From: Rhodovibrionaceae bacterium
GTDB lineage: Bacteria; Pseudomonadota; Alphaproteobacteria; Kiloniellales; DSM-21159
Direction of reading: 5' to 3'
DNA: 64,000 bases
NCBI GenBank assembly: GCA_040882845.1
Contig: JBBEAM010000001.1
Span: 48,142 to 112,141 of the forward strand
Position numbers and translations under genes: made by a program. Shown in pieces: positions 31,336 to 40,071 of this stretch; position 1 is the first letter of the stretch, and each line of letters opens with the position of its first letter. Below the pieces are notes generated by a model that saw only the letters and a program-made list of their open reading frames with translations, did not search any database and had not been told where the DNA came from.

Positions 31336-32655
31336 ATGTGGCGCGCCATTTTCTATTTCGTTCAGCTTGCCCTGCTGGTGGCCGTCGCGGTCTGGCTGGC
31401 CCGGCGGCCGGGCGCCGTGACCATCGACTGGCTCGGCCAGCGGATCGAGACCCAGGTCGGCATCCTGATCCTGGCGGTGCTGCTGTTCGCCGGGATCATC
31501 GCCCTGCTCTACCGCGGCTGGCGGGCGCTGTACCGGGCGCCCAAGGCGGTTGGCCACAGGCTCGACGAGAACCGCCGGCGCAAGGGCTACCGGGCGCTGA
31601 CCCAGGGCATGGTGGCGGTCGCCGCCGGCGACGCCGAGGAGGCGCGCAAGCAGTCGCGCAAGGCCGACGTGCTGCTCGGCGAGCCGCCGCTGACCATGCT
31701 GCTCTCGGCCCAGGCGGCCCAGCTCAACGGCGACGAGGCTGCCGCCGAACGCTATTTCCAGGCGATGCTGGAGAACCAGGAGACCCGCTTCCTCGGTCTG
31801 CGCGGCCTGCTCACCCAGGCGCGCAAGCGCGGCGACGACGAGGCGGCGCTGGGCTATCTGCGCCAGGCCTACAAGCTGCGCCCGAATACGCCCTGGGTGC
31901 TGGAGAACCTCTCCGAGGTGTCGGAGCGGGTCGGGTCCTACGACGAGGCCGAGAAGACCCTGCGCGAGGCGCAGCGCCACCGCGCCCTGCCCAAGCCCGA
32001 GGCCGAGCACCGCCGCGCCGGGGTGCTGCTGCGCCGGGCCGCGGCCGAGCGCGAGCAAAGCCGTCCCGACCTGGCGCTCAAGGACGCCAAGGCGGCGCTC
32101 AAGCTGGAGCCCGATCTGGTGCCGGCGGCGGTGATGCTGGCCGAGATGCAGGCGAGCGCCAGCGACCCGCGCCGCGCCCTCAAGACCCTGGAGAAGGCCT
32201 GGGCGCAGAAGCCCGACCCGGCGCTGAGCGAGGCGGCGCGCCGGCTGCTCAAGGGGGAAAAGCCGCTCGATCTCTACCGCAGGATCCAGAAGCTGGTGGC
32301 GGCGCGCCCCGGCGAGCTGGAGTCCGCCCTGGCGCTGGCCGAGGCGGCGCTGGAGGCCAAGCTCTGGGGCGAGGCGCGGCGCCACCTCGCGCCCTTTACC
32401 GGGGCCGAGGCGCCGCCGCGCCGGGTCTGCGTCCTGATGGCCGAGCTGGAGGAGGCCGAGCACGGCGACCTCGGCGCGGCGCGCGACTGGCTGCTGAAGG
32501 GCGAGCGCCTGCACATCCTGCCGCCGCCGGCGCCCCCGGCCGCCAAGGCCGCGGCGCGCCATGCCCAGGAAGACGCCCGCGATGCGGGCGAGGCGAAAGA
32601 CGAGGCCGCGCAGGGCGGCAGCACCGAAATCGCGCTGCGCAACGCCGCCTCGTAA
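31336..32655 (+). CDS. HemY-like TPR membrane protein (heme biosynthesis HemY N-domain family)
   Basis: 439 aa. Two N-terminal TM helices (MWRAIFYFVQLALLVAVAVWL..., ILILAVLLFAGIIALLY), then YRALTQGMVAVAAGD and TPR-like repeats. Confidence 0.85.
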   Translation: MWRAIFYFVQLALLVAVAVWLARRPGAVTIDWLGQRIETQVGILILAVLLFAGIIALLYRGWRALYRAPKAVGHRLDENRRRKGYRALTQGMVAVAAGDAEEARKQSRKADVLLGEPPLTMLLSAQAAQLNGDEAAAERYFQAMLENQETRFLGLRGLLTQARKRGDDEAALGYLRQAYKLRPNTPWVLENLSEVSERVGSYDEAEKTLREAQRHRALPKPEAEHRRAGVLLRRAAAEREQSRPDLALKDAKAALKLEPDLVPAAVMLAEMQASASDPRRALKTLEKAWAQKPDPALSEAARRLLKGEKPLDLYRRIQKLVAARPGELESALALAEAALEAKLWGEARRHLAPFTGAEAPPRRVCVLMAELEEAEHGDLGAARDWLLKGERLHILPPPAPPAAKAAARHAQEDARDAGEAKDEAAQGGSTEIALRNAAS

Positions 32656-32806
32656 AGCCACTCCGCGATTGACGCTGCCCGGCCGCCGCAGTATTGAGAG
32701 GCCCTTCGGCCCGGCCCTGGAGTTTCCTGGGAAGCGGCCGAAATGCAGGCCCCGCGCACGTCGCGGGATGCGCCCCGGGAGCACCCAGACCGCTCCGGGC
32801 CCAGGC

Positions 32807-32882
32807 GCCGCTTTAGCTCAGTTGGTAGAGCACCTCATTCGTAATGAGGGGGTCGTTGGTTCGAGTCCGACAAGCGGCACCA
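32807..32882 (+). tRNA. tRNA-Thr (anticodon CGU)
   Basis: 76 nt folded by hand. Acceptor gccgctt/aagcggc, D arm gctc-agttggta-gagc, anticodon arm cctca-ttCGTaa-tgagg, variable gggtc, T arm gttgg-ttcgagt-ccgac, discriminator A and encoded CCA. Confidence 0.9.
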
Positions 32883-32993
32883 TTTTTGCGGCGCATGGGT
32901 TTTCAGCCCCTTTTTTCTGGGGGTCCGATATCCGTCGATGCGCCTCGGCGGCGCTTACGACGCGTTCTTGCCCCGCCGATCGCAGGCATAAAT

Positions 32994-33782
32994 CTAACGG
33001 TAGTTACGGATTGCGCGCTGATCGAGCTTGTCTGCCGCGACAAGGCGATAGTGTCGCTCTTCAACAACTTTGATTTCATCGTCCTGGAGCGTCAATTCGA
33101 AGAGCGCGATAACTCTATTGTCCATGAATTGTGCGGCGACCGCACGGCAGCGCATTTCACTAAATTTTTCTTCGACGAAGCGAATGTCCTGCGCGGTTTG
33201 AACGATCCCAATTTGGTCTTTACCTCCTTTCGCTTGCACGGGGATTACATAGTGGAAACCCCGTTTGTCTATTCCGACGTACAGCTCATCGATCTCAATT
33301 TGGCCAATTCCGGTTACCGTGGTGCGGAGGTGGTTTTGGAGACTGTAAGTGGTAAGGCTAAGGAAGGTATCGACCAACCGATTGTATCGCACGATGGCAA
33401 GAAGTGCCTGTTCGTCGTCAAGCGCATATGCGCGGATCAACTCTGGTGTTGCATCGGGAATATCGATCAAAGCAAGATCGCCGCGCGGAAAAATGCGGTT
33501 TATTTTTACCAGCGAGAAGCGATAAAGGGATCGTCCCCTGAGCTCTATTACCCACTCCATACCTTCGGGTTGAGTGGCGAGTATGCTAGAGGGCAAATCG
33601 GTTCGGAAGCGGAAGGAGTAAATCACATCTCCAAGGTTATCTGGGAGTTGGATTTTAAGATCCCTAGCCGCGTCCTTAATTTCCTGGCGCGTAAATTCGA
33701 GTTTAGTAGCGACTTTCCTATAGTGGTCGAAGAAAATTTTCTCGATAAGCGCCTGATAGCGGTTGTGCGATTTCTTCGACAT
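32994..33782 (-). CDS. putative type II restriction endonuclease (family unassigned), last gene of the vsr-MTase operon
   Basis: 262 aa from the ATG at 33782 (MSKKSHNRYQ...), 7 nt after the methyltransferase stop. Contains a possible PD-(D/E)XK-like core (GQIEIDELYVGID ... VIPVQAKGGKD). Assignment rests on operon context only. Confidence 0.5.
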   Translation of the reverse strand: MSKKSHNRYQALIEKIFFDHYRKVATKLEFTRQEIKDAARDLKIQLPDNLGDVIYSFRFRTDLPSSILATQPEGMEWVIELRGRSLYRFSLVKINRIFPRGDLALIDIPDATPELIRAYALDDEQALLAIVRYNRLVDTFLSLTTYSLQNHLRTTVTGIGQIEIDELYVGIDKRGFHYVIPVQAKGGKDQIGIVQTAQDIRFVEEKFSEMRCRAVAAQFMDNRVIALFELTLQDDEIKVVEERHYRLVAADKLDQRAIRNYR

Positions 33783-33789
33783 GCACGAT

Positions 33790-35103
33790 CTACCCAGCCA
33801 GCCGTTCGCTCTCGATTTCCGTCTGACGCCGCTTCTTGGCCCCGCTCTTTTTATTTCTGCGGCCAATCGGATTAGAGATGCCCCAAAATTCGGCTGCTTC
33901 AGACAAATCCATACGGAGCAGAGATACATCCCCTAGTTTCAAAGTTTCATTTGGGAATACCGGATTTCGACCGAGCGCAGCGAGAATCTGGCTTCCAACA
34001 GCGCGCGCAAGGGGAGGGGGAACGGCGTTTCCGATCTGGCGTGCGCCATGCCACTTGGTAGAATGTAAACGAAACCAATCGGGAAACCCATGAAGTCGCG
34101 CCATTTCGCGCACCGTAATGCAGCGAGGGCGCTCATAGTGAATAGGGCGCGGGCTAGTAAATGCACCTCGGGCAGCATCGGTTCCTGCGCGTAGGGTATT
34201 CGAAACACCGTTAACCGGCAGTTTGAAAAACCGAGAGATCGGCTCAACCGTACCGGGCTGCGTTTCGGCAAAGCGCCGGCGCGAAATATCGGTATGCACG
34301 GTCCTGCGGCTTGACGTTAGTAAGCGGGGCTTCCACGCGCGAATATATCCATAGTGCCAGGCGTCGTTATCGAGGCACCGAAGCTCACGCGCATATTCGC
34401 TTGGAGGGCCCCAGGTGTCGGTCGTTACTTCGTCGGTCTCGGAAAGCTCGAGAAAGCTCTCGGCCTCCGGTAAATCGCCCAAGGCATCGAAGCAAGAAGG
34501 ACCGGCAGGAAGTCCTCCGTTGGACCTACTAGCAGCGATAGTGACCCGTTCTGGGTATTTCGGGATGGGTCGACCGTTCTTGGTTCCCATCAAAATCAAC
34601 CGCTCTCGATCTTGCGGAACGCCAAAAGAGGAAGCGTTCAGTACCTGCCATTGCTTCTGAACGTCGTATCCGAACGATTCGAACTCCTCGATTAATTCTT
34701 CGAGGAATTTCCGATGCTTACCGACAGTTAGCCCTTTAACGTTCTCGAAAACGAAATAGGCCGCGTCGAGCTCGGATACGATACGCACGAAGTCTTTCAC
34801 CAAAGCGTTGCGTGGATCGTCTAGCGCCCGTTGACCGATCAGGGAAAAACCCTGGCAGGGTGCGCCGCCGAATACGACATCGATCTGCCGACTGCCCAAG
34901 TTAGCGCGGTCCCGAATCTCAGCTCCTGTCAAACCGACTACCGACTTCGGTATCACTGCACATTTGGGAAAGTTGAAAGCGTGGACTGCTGCATGAACGG
35001 GGTCTATCTCCACTGCCGCCACTACATCGAAGCCGGCTTGTTCGAAGCCGAGCGAAAGACCGCCTGCGCCTGAAAACAGGTCGATACCAATAGGCCTATT
35101 CAT
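33790..35103 (-). CDS. DNA (cytosine-5)-methyltransferase
   Basis: Motif I IDLFSGAGGLSLG, motif IV GGAPCQGFS, motif VI FENVKGL, motif VIII VPQDRERL, motif X GNAVPPPLA. I prefer the ATG at 35103 (MNRPIGIDLF...); an in-frame ATG at 35154 and a TTG at 35199 are alternatives. Confidence 0.92.
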   Translation of the reverse strand: MNRPIGIDLFSGAGGLSLGFEQAGFDVVAAVEIDPVHAAVHAFNFPKCAVIPKSVVGLTGAEIRDRANLGSRQIDVVFGGAPCQGFSLIGQRALDDPRNALVKDFVRIVSELDAAYFVFENVKGLTVGKHRKFLEELIEEFESFGYDVQKQWQVLNASSFGVPQDRERLILMGTKNGRPIPKYPERVTIAASRSNGGLPAGPSCFDALGDLPEAESFLELSETDEVTTDTWGPPSEYARELRCLDNDAWHYGYIRAWKPRLLTSSRRTVHTDISRRRFAETQPGTVEPISRFFKLPVNGVSNTLRAGTDAARGAFTSPRPIHYERPRCITVREMARLHGFPDWFRLHSTKWHGARQIGNAVPPPLARAVGSQILAALGRNPVFPNETLKLGDVSLLRMDLSEAAEFWGISNPIGRRNKKSGAKKRRQTEIESERLAG

Positions 35104-35185
35104 CCGTATAGCCCCACTCAAATGTTCTCGTTTAGTTCTATCAACTCCGAACATATTGCAGGGTCTCAGTTTAGGCAACCGAAAT

Positions 35186-35596
35186 CTAGGGCCATTCAAG
35201 GAAATCGACGAGTCTAGCGATAACAGCCTCTAGAGACCTGAGTTCGCATTGCCAGACTACTTCCACAGACCAACCTGCATCCTTGAGCGCGGATACGTTT
35301 TTGCGGTCTCGCATCCGGTTTTTCTGAATTTTCGGCTCCCAATAATCGAGCCTGCTCTTTGGGAGACGGCCCCAGCGGCAGTTGTGTCCATGCCAAAAGC
35401 ACCCATGAACGAAGATCGCCTTCCGACGGCTGGGAAAGACGAGGTCGGGAGAACCAGGCAGGTCTCGTCTATGCAAGCGGTAACGATAGCCAAGTCGGTG
35501 TAAGGCTCTGCGGACGACAAGCTCGGGCCGTGTGTTTTTCGTAGCCACACTGGCCATTATGCGGCTTCGTCGCTGCGAATCGACATGATCGGGCAT
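35186..35596 (-). CDS. vsr: very short patch repair endonuclease
   Basis: 136 aa. SRIMASVATKNTRPE, LPGSPDLVFPSRRKAIFVHGCFWHGH, YWEPKIQKNRMRDR and GWSVEVVWQCEL closely parallel E. coli Vsr as I recall it. Confidence 0.92.
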   Translation of the reverse strand: MPDHVDSQRRSRIMASVATKNTRPELVVRRALHRLGYRYRLHRRDLPGSPDLVFPSRRKAIFVHGCFWHGHNCRWGRLPKSRLDYWEPKIQKNRMRDRKNVSALKDAGWSVEVVWQCELRSLEAVIARLVDFLEWP

Positions 35597-35830
35597 TTCG
35601 ATACTCTAGCGGATTCGATCAGGTTTCATCTAGCAGTGCACGCTACGCCCGCACCGGTAACCCCTACTTCCCCCGCTGCGCCTCTCGCATTTCGCGCTGC
35701 TATCCACCTACTGCTGTAGGACGGTGTGCGCGCAAAGTATGGGGGAACCTGAGCGTCGGGGCGGAGAAGGGAAGTGGGGGACGGCGCGCTGATCGCAAAT
35801 GTTCGACGCGGCAAGGCTCCCGCAAAAACC

Positions 35831-36310
35831 CTAGATCCAGCGCCGCACCCGCCGCTTGTAGGCGAGGTAGGGCGCGCCGAATGTGCGCTCCAGGTAGGCC
35901 TCCTCGGGCGCGATGGCATAGATCTGCAGCAGCCAGCCGCAAAGCGGGGTCAGGAGCAGAATCCAGAGGTTCCACAGCAGCACGGCAAAGCCGAGGCAGA
36001 CGAGGACCATCTGCAGGTACATCGGGTTGCGGGTGAAGCGGTAGGGGCCGCGCACGAGGATCTCCGGGGTCGGCTCCCAGGGCTTGGGGCTCTGTCCGCT
36101 GCGGCGGAACAGCAGCACCGGCCAGGCGCCGAGCGCCAGGATCGCTCCGGCGACGATCGCGCCGCCCAGCCAGTAGCGCGCCGGGGCGGCCAGCGCGAAG
36201 CCGGGATCGAGCGGCCAGAGGAACTCCAGCCCGGCCCCGATCAGAACCGTCGCCAGGGGAACCGCCGGCGGGAAGAACCGCGTGGCGGCGTCGCGCTGCT
36301 GCTCGCGCAT
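35831..36310 (-). CDS. isoprenylcysteine carboxyl methyltransferase (ICMT/PEMT-like) family membrane protein
   Basis: Multi-TM protein with GPYRFTRNPMYL, the family signature. Start taken at the ATG at 36310 (MREQQRD...); the track start at 36400 is an alternative. Confidence 0.75.
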   Translation of the reverse strand: MREQQRDAATRFFPPAVPLATVLIGAGLEFLWPLDPGFALAAPARYWLGGAIVAGAILALGAWPVLLFRRSGQSPKPWEPTPEILVRGPYRFTRNPMYLQMVLVCLGFAVLLWNLWILLLTPLCGWLLQIYAIAPEEAYLERTFGAPYLAYKRRVRRWI

Positions 36311-36471
36311 CGGAACCTGCCTCGCCAGAGCCTGAAGACGGCCAGCATAGACCAGGGTGGTGCGCCGCGGCGAGCCGCGCGTTGCCGCCCCCCCTTTCAT
36401 CCTCCGCTAACCATTGCGATCCAGACTCTGGCGCGATCGCGCTGCGGCGCTACCGGCGGGAGGAGGGGAGG

Positions 36472-36669
36472 ATGTTCGCTCTGTTGCGGGTGCTCGGCAC
36501 GGCGCTGCTGCTCGGGCTTATCGGCTTCGTGCTCGGCTTCTTCGGGCCGATGCTCCTGGCGCAGGATGCGAATCAGGGGCCGCTGCTCGGGATTTTCATC
36601 ACCGGGCCCGGCGGCCTGCTGCTCGGTCTCGTGGTCGGCGTGATCCGCGAACTGCGGCGGCCGGCCTAA
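36472..36669 (+). CDS. small two-helix membrane protein (65 aa)
   Basis: ATG preceded by ggaggaggggagg. MFALLRVLGTALLLGLIGFVLGFFGP...GPLLGIFITGPGGLLLGLVVGVI forms two hydrophobic helices. Confidence 0.5.
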   Translation: MFALLRVLGTALLLGLIGFVLGFFGPMLLAQDANQGPLLGIFITGPGGLLLGLVVGVIRELRRPA

Positions 36670-36818
36670 CGCTGCTTGCTGGCGGTGTCCGCGATCACCT
36701 CGACGGCCGAGCGGTTCTCGGCCACCGGTTCGACGGAGGGCTGCGGCAGCACCGCGACCACCGTCACCATCGCCAGCGAGAAGACGAACAGGGAAAGGGA
36801 AAGGACGCTCTTCGACAT
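36666..36818 (-). CDS. possible small secreted or membrane peptide (50 aa), not in the ORF track
   Basis: Hand translation: MSKSVLSLSLFVFSLAMVTVVAVLPQPSVEPVAENRSAVEVIADTASKQR, signal-peptide-like N-terminus. Its stop overlaps the stop of the 36472 gene, tail to tail. Confidence 0.3.
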   Translation of the reverse strand: MSKSVLSLSLFVFSLAMVTVVAVLPQPSVEPVAENRSAVEVIADTASKQR

Positions 36819-36958
36819 GCCGCGAGTCTAGCGGCGGCGGGTAAAAAAACCCTTACCGCGGCAAAGCTTTCGCTGCCCCCGCGAAAAGCCGGCTGCACAG
36901 CTCTTTTCCGCGCCGCGGCTCTCGCAATTGACGGCGCGATCCCCCATCTTGCCGTGGA

Positions 36959-37900
36959 GTGCTGCGAGGGAAGGAACAGGCGAATTTGAGCGTCGAGGCG
37001 GAGACGGGACAGAACGGCGGGGCCGGCGACTCCGCCCTGCGCGCGCGGCTGCGCAGCCTGGTGGAAAGCCGCCTGTTCCAGCATGCGATCATCGCCCTGA
37101 TCGTCGTCAACGCCGTCACCCTGGGGCTGGAAACCAGCGCCCGCGCCATGGCCGCCGCCGGGCCGCTGCTGGTCGCCCTCGACAAGGTCATCCTCGCCGT
37201 CTTCGTGGTCGAGCTGCTGGCCAAGCTCTACGTCTATCGCGGCGGCTTCTGGCGGCAGCCCTGGAACGTCTTCGACTTCATCGTGGTGGCCATCGCCCTG
37301 ATGCCCGCCGCCGGGCCGCTCTCGGTGCTGCGGGCGCTGCGCATCCTGCGCGTGCTGCGGCTGATTTCCAGCGTCAAGTCGCTGCGCCGCGTGGTCGGCG
37401 GCCTGCTGCAGGCGATCCCCGGCATGGGCTCGATCGTGCTGCTGATCGGGCTGATCTTCTACGTCGCGGCGGTGATCGCGACAAAGCTGTTCGGCGCCGA
37501 GTTCCCGCAGTGGTTCGGGACCATCGGCGACTCGGCCTTCAGCCTGTTCCAGATCATGACCCTGGAGTCCTGGTCGATGGGCATCGTGCGCCCGGTGATG
37601 GAGGTCTATCCCTACGCCTGGGTCTTCTTCGTGCCCTTCATCGTCGCCACCACCTTCACGGTGATGAACCTCTTCATCGGCATCATCGTCGACGCCATGC
37701 AGCGCGAGCACGGCGCCGAGCTGGCGGCCGAGACCGAGGCGCAGGAAAAGACCGCCGCCAAGGCCGAGGCGCGCCGCCAGGACCGCCTGGAGGACCTGAC
37801 CCGGGAGATCTCGGCGCTGCGCGGCGAGGTGACGCGGCTCGCCGAACGCCAGGACGGCGACGGCGGCGGTGGCGGCGGTGGCGGCGGGCGCAAGCCGTAG
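36959..37900 (+). CDS. bacterial voltage-gated sodium channel (BacNaV/NaChBac family)
   Basis: S4 with spaced Arg residues (LRALRILRVLRLISSVKSLRRVV). Pore and selectivity filter LFQIMTLESWSMGIVRPVMEVYPYAWVFFVPFI nearly matches NavAb as I recall it. C-terminal coiled-coil region. Start uncertain (GTG at 36959 or TTG at 36986). Confidence 0.9.
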   Translation: MLRGKEQANLSVEAETGQNGGAGDSALRARLRSLVESRLFQHAIIALIVVNAVTLGLETSARAMAAAGPLLVALDKVILAVFVVELLAKLYVYRGGFWRQPWNVFDFIVVAIALMPAAGPLSVLRALRILRVLRLISSVKSLRRVVGGLLQAIPGMGSIVLLIGLIFYVAAVIATKLFGAEFPQWFGTIGDSAFSLFQIMTLESWSMGIVRPVMEVYPYAWVFFVPFIVATTFTVMNLFIGIIVDAMQREHGAELAAETEAQEKTAAKAEARRQDRLEDLTREISALRGEVTRLAERQDGDGGGGGGGGGRKP

Positions 37901-37991
37901 GGCGGCTCGCCCTCGCCGCGGATGACGGCCGCGCCGCCTTCGGCTAGGCTCGGGCTTCACGCAGCTTTGCAAGCCTGGTAGGGACCCTGCC

Positions 37992-39395
37992 GTGGAACGC
38001 CGCCTTGCCGCGATTCTGGCCGCCGACATGGCGGGTTACAGCCGGCTCATGGAGCAGGACGAGGACGGCGTGCTGGCGCGGCAGAAGCACCACCGCCGCA
38101 GCCTGATCGACCCGGCGGTCGCCGAACGCGGCGGACGCATCGTCAAGTCCACCGGCGACGGCCTGCTGGTCGAGTTCGCCTCGGCCCAGGACGCGGTACG
38201 CTGCGCCACCGAGATCCAGTCGCAGATGGCCGTGGAGGAGCGCGACAGCCCCTCCGACCGCCGCATCGCCTACCGGATCGGCATCAACCTGGGCGACGTG
38301 GTGTTCGAGGAGGGCGACATCTTCGGCGACGGGGTCAACATCGCGGCGCGCCTCGAAGGCATCGCCGAGCCCGGGGGGATCTGCATCTCCGGCGGGGTGC
38401 ACGAGACCGTCGCCGAGCATGTCCGGCAGGGATTCCGCGACATGGGCAGGCAGCGGGTCAAGAACATCTCGCGGCCGATCCGCGTCTGGCAGTGGACGCC
38501 GAGCCCGGGCGCGGAACCCAAGCTCTCCGCCGCGGCGCAGCAGCAGCGCGTGCGCTTCGCCATCGCCCCGGACGGCGTGCAGCTCGCCTGGGCCAGCCTC
38601 GGCGAGGGGCTGCCTGTGCTCAAGGCGCCGCACTGGATGAACCATCTGGAGTACGAGTGGCGCAGCCCCCTCTTCGCGCCGCTGTACAGCGAACTCGCGA
38701 ACCATTTCCAGCTGGTGCGCTTCGATCAGCGCGGCAACGGGCTTTCGGACTGGGATGCGCAGGAGATCAACGAGGACGCGATGGCCGGCGACATCGCCGC
38801 GGTCGCCGATGCGGCCGGGCTGAAGCGCTTCGCGCTGCTCGGTTTCTCGCAGGGCGCCGCCTTCGCGATCCGCTACGCCAACGAGAACCCGGAGCGGGTC
38901 GCCTGCCTGGTGCTGGTCGGCGGCTACCTGCGCGGCCGGATGAGACGCCCGGACCCGGAACAGAAGCAGCTCTACGAGGCGCTGACGCTGACGATCCGGG
39001 ACGGCTGGGGCTCGCCCAACCCGGTGTTCCGGCATTTCTTCACCTCGAGTTTCATCCCGGACAGCGGCGCCGAGAACGCCTCCTCCTTCGACGAGCTGCA
39101 GCGGATCGCGACCAGCCCGCAAAACGCGATCCGCATCTGGGAGATGAATGCGCAGATCGACGCCAGCGAAGAGGCCCGGCGCGTCTCCGTCCCGACCCTG
39201 GTGCTGCACTGCCAGGGCGACCGGGTGGCGCCGATCGACGAAGGCCAGCGGGCGGCGCGGCTGATCCCGGGGGCGGCCTTCGTCGAGCTGCCGGGCAACA
39301 ATCACATCCTCCTAGACGGGACCCCGGCCTTCGACCGCTTTTTCGAGGAACTGGTCGCCTTCGTCTCGGAACACCTCGAGGCCGCTCCAGCCTGA
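37992..39395 (+). CDS. class III adenylate/guanylate cyclase domain fused to an alpha/beta hydrolase domain
   Basis: N-terminal LAAILAADMAGYSRLM...KSTGDGLLVEFASAQDAVRCA...IGINLGDVV...GDGVNIAARLE (cyclase). C-terminal FDQRGNGLSD...LLGFSQGAA...GDRVAP...NNHILL (hydrolase fold). GTG start. Confidence 0.88.
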   Translation: MERRLAAILAADMAGYSRLMEQDEDGVLARQKHHRRSLIDPAVAERGGRIVKSTGDGLLVEFASAQDAVRCATEIQSQMAVEERDSPSDRRIAYRIGINLGDVVFEEGDIFGDGVNIAARLEGIAEPGGICISGGVHETVAEHVRQGFRDMGRQRVKNISRPIRVWQWTPSPGAEPKLSAAAQQQRVRFAIAPDGVQLAWASLGEGLPVLKAPHWMNHLEYEWRSPLFAPLYSELANHFQLVRFDQRGNGLSDWDAQEINEDAMAGDIAAVADAAGLKRFALLGFSQGAAFAIRYANENPERVACLVLVGGYLRGRMRRPDPEQKQLYEALTLTIRDGWGSPNPVFRHFFTSSFIPDSGAENASSFDELQRIATSPQNAIRIWEMNAQIDASEEARRVSVPTLVLHCQGDRVAPIDEGQRAARLIPGAAFVELPGNNHILLDGTPAFDRFFEELVAFVSEHLEAAPA

Positions 39396-39594
39396 GCGGA
39401 AAACCCGCCGCGCCGCCTTCGGCCGTTACCGAAATATACCGAGCGGATACTGATCTGTGTGAGCGCAGCCTGCCTCTGCCTGCTCTAGAACGAGCCGCAT
39501 AGGCCAGCCGAGATTCGGCTTTGCAGCGCGTCCGTCGCATCAGGCGCGCTGATCTGACCTATCGGTTTCATCGGCGACATGCAGGAGAACGGCC

Positions 39595-40071
39595 TTGAAA
39601 ACATTCGGACTCATCGTAGCGCTCATTTTTGGCCTGGCGGTGGCGGGGTGTGCCGAGAGCGGCGGTTATGGCACCAAGCAGACCGTCGGCGGCCTCGGCG
39701 GCGCCGCCCTGGGCGGGTTGCTCGGCGCGCAGTTCGGCAGCGGCAATGCGCGCGTTGCCTATACCGGCGCCGGCGTCCTGATCGGCGCCCTGGTCGGCAG
39801 CGAAATCGGCAAGTCGATGGACGAAGTCGACCGCACGCGCGCCAATGCGGCGATCGGCCAAGCCTACTCCGCGCCGCTCGGCCAGCAAATCTCATGGAAC
39901 AATCCGGATTCGGGAAACTATGGCTACGTGACGCCGGTGCGTGACGGAACCTCGCAATCGGGCGCCTATTGCCGGGAGTACCAGCAGTCGATCAACGTCG
40001 GCGGCCGTATCGATCAAGGCTACGGGATCGCTTGCCAGCAGCCCGACGGGACATGGCGGATCGTCACCTAG
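39595..40071 (+). CDS. outer-membrane lipoprotein, glycine-zipper / 17-kDa surface antigen-like
   Basis: Lipobox LAVAGC. Glycine-zipper GGLGGAALGGLLGAQFGSG...GAGVLIGALVGSEIG. C-terminal YCREYQQ...GIACQQPDGTWRIV block. TTG start after gcaggag. Confidence 0.8.
   Translation: MKTFGLIVALIFGLAVAGCAESGGYGTKQTVGGLGGAALGGLLGAQFGSGNARVAYTGAGVLIGALVGSEIGKSMDEVDRTRANAAIGQAYSAPLGQQISWNNPDSGNYGYVTPVRDGTSQSGAYCREYQQSINVGGRIDQGYGIACQQPDGTWRIVT

Larger units (their letters stand above)
32883..35700. mobile_element. low-GC genomic islet 3' of tRNA-Thr carrying vsr, a C5 DNA methyltransferase and a putative restriction endonuclease; no integrase or transposase
   Basis: Hand-counted 60-nt lines inside (33061, 34681, 35221) give 43-50 percent G+C, against roughly 58-70 percent in sampled flanking lines. 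Begins immediately after the tRNA. The right boundary is approximate. No direct repeat of the tRNA 3' end was found by eye. Confidence 0.6.

Noticed and set aside
28662-31349. 895-aa minus-strand ORF opposite hemC/hemD/Mic60-like
   Set aside because: Shadow ORF. It overlaps genes with canonical motifs on the other strand, and its sequence is Arg/Gly/Ala/Pro repeats. The off-frame 29624..31306 (+) ORF is rejected likewise.
32844-33875. 343-aa plus-strand ORF inside the islet, opposite the putative endonuclease
   Set aside because: Its 5' end runs through the tRNA-Thr gene and it has no SD or motifs. The minus-strand ORF is operonic with the MTase (7-nt spacing) and is the better explanation. 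Neither frame can be proven without homology searches.
35597-35830. Searched the right edge of the islet for a direct repeat of the tRNA-Thr 3' end (att site) or an integrase remnant
   Set aside because: No convincing match to ggttcgagtccgacaagcggcacca was found by eye. Only a 5-bp hairpin (cctac-tgct-gtagg) is present, which is too weak to call.
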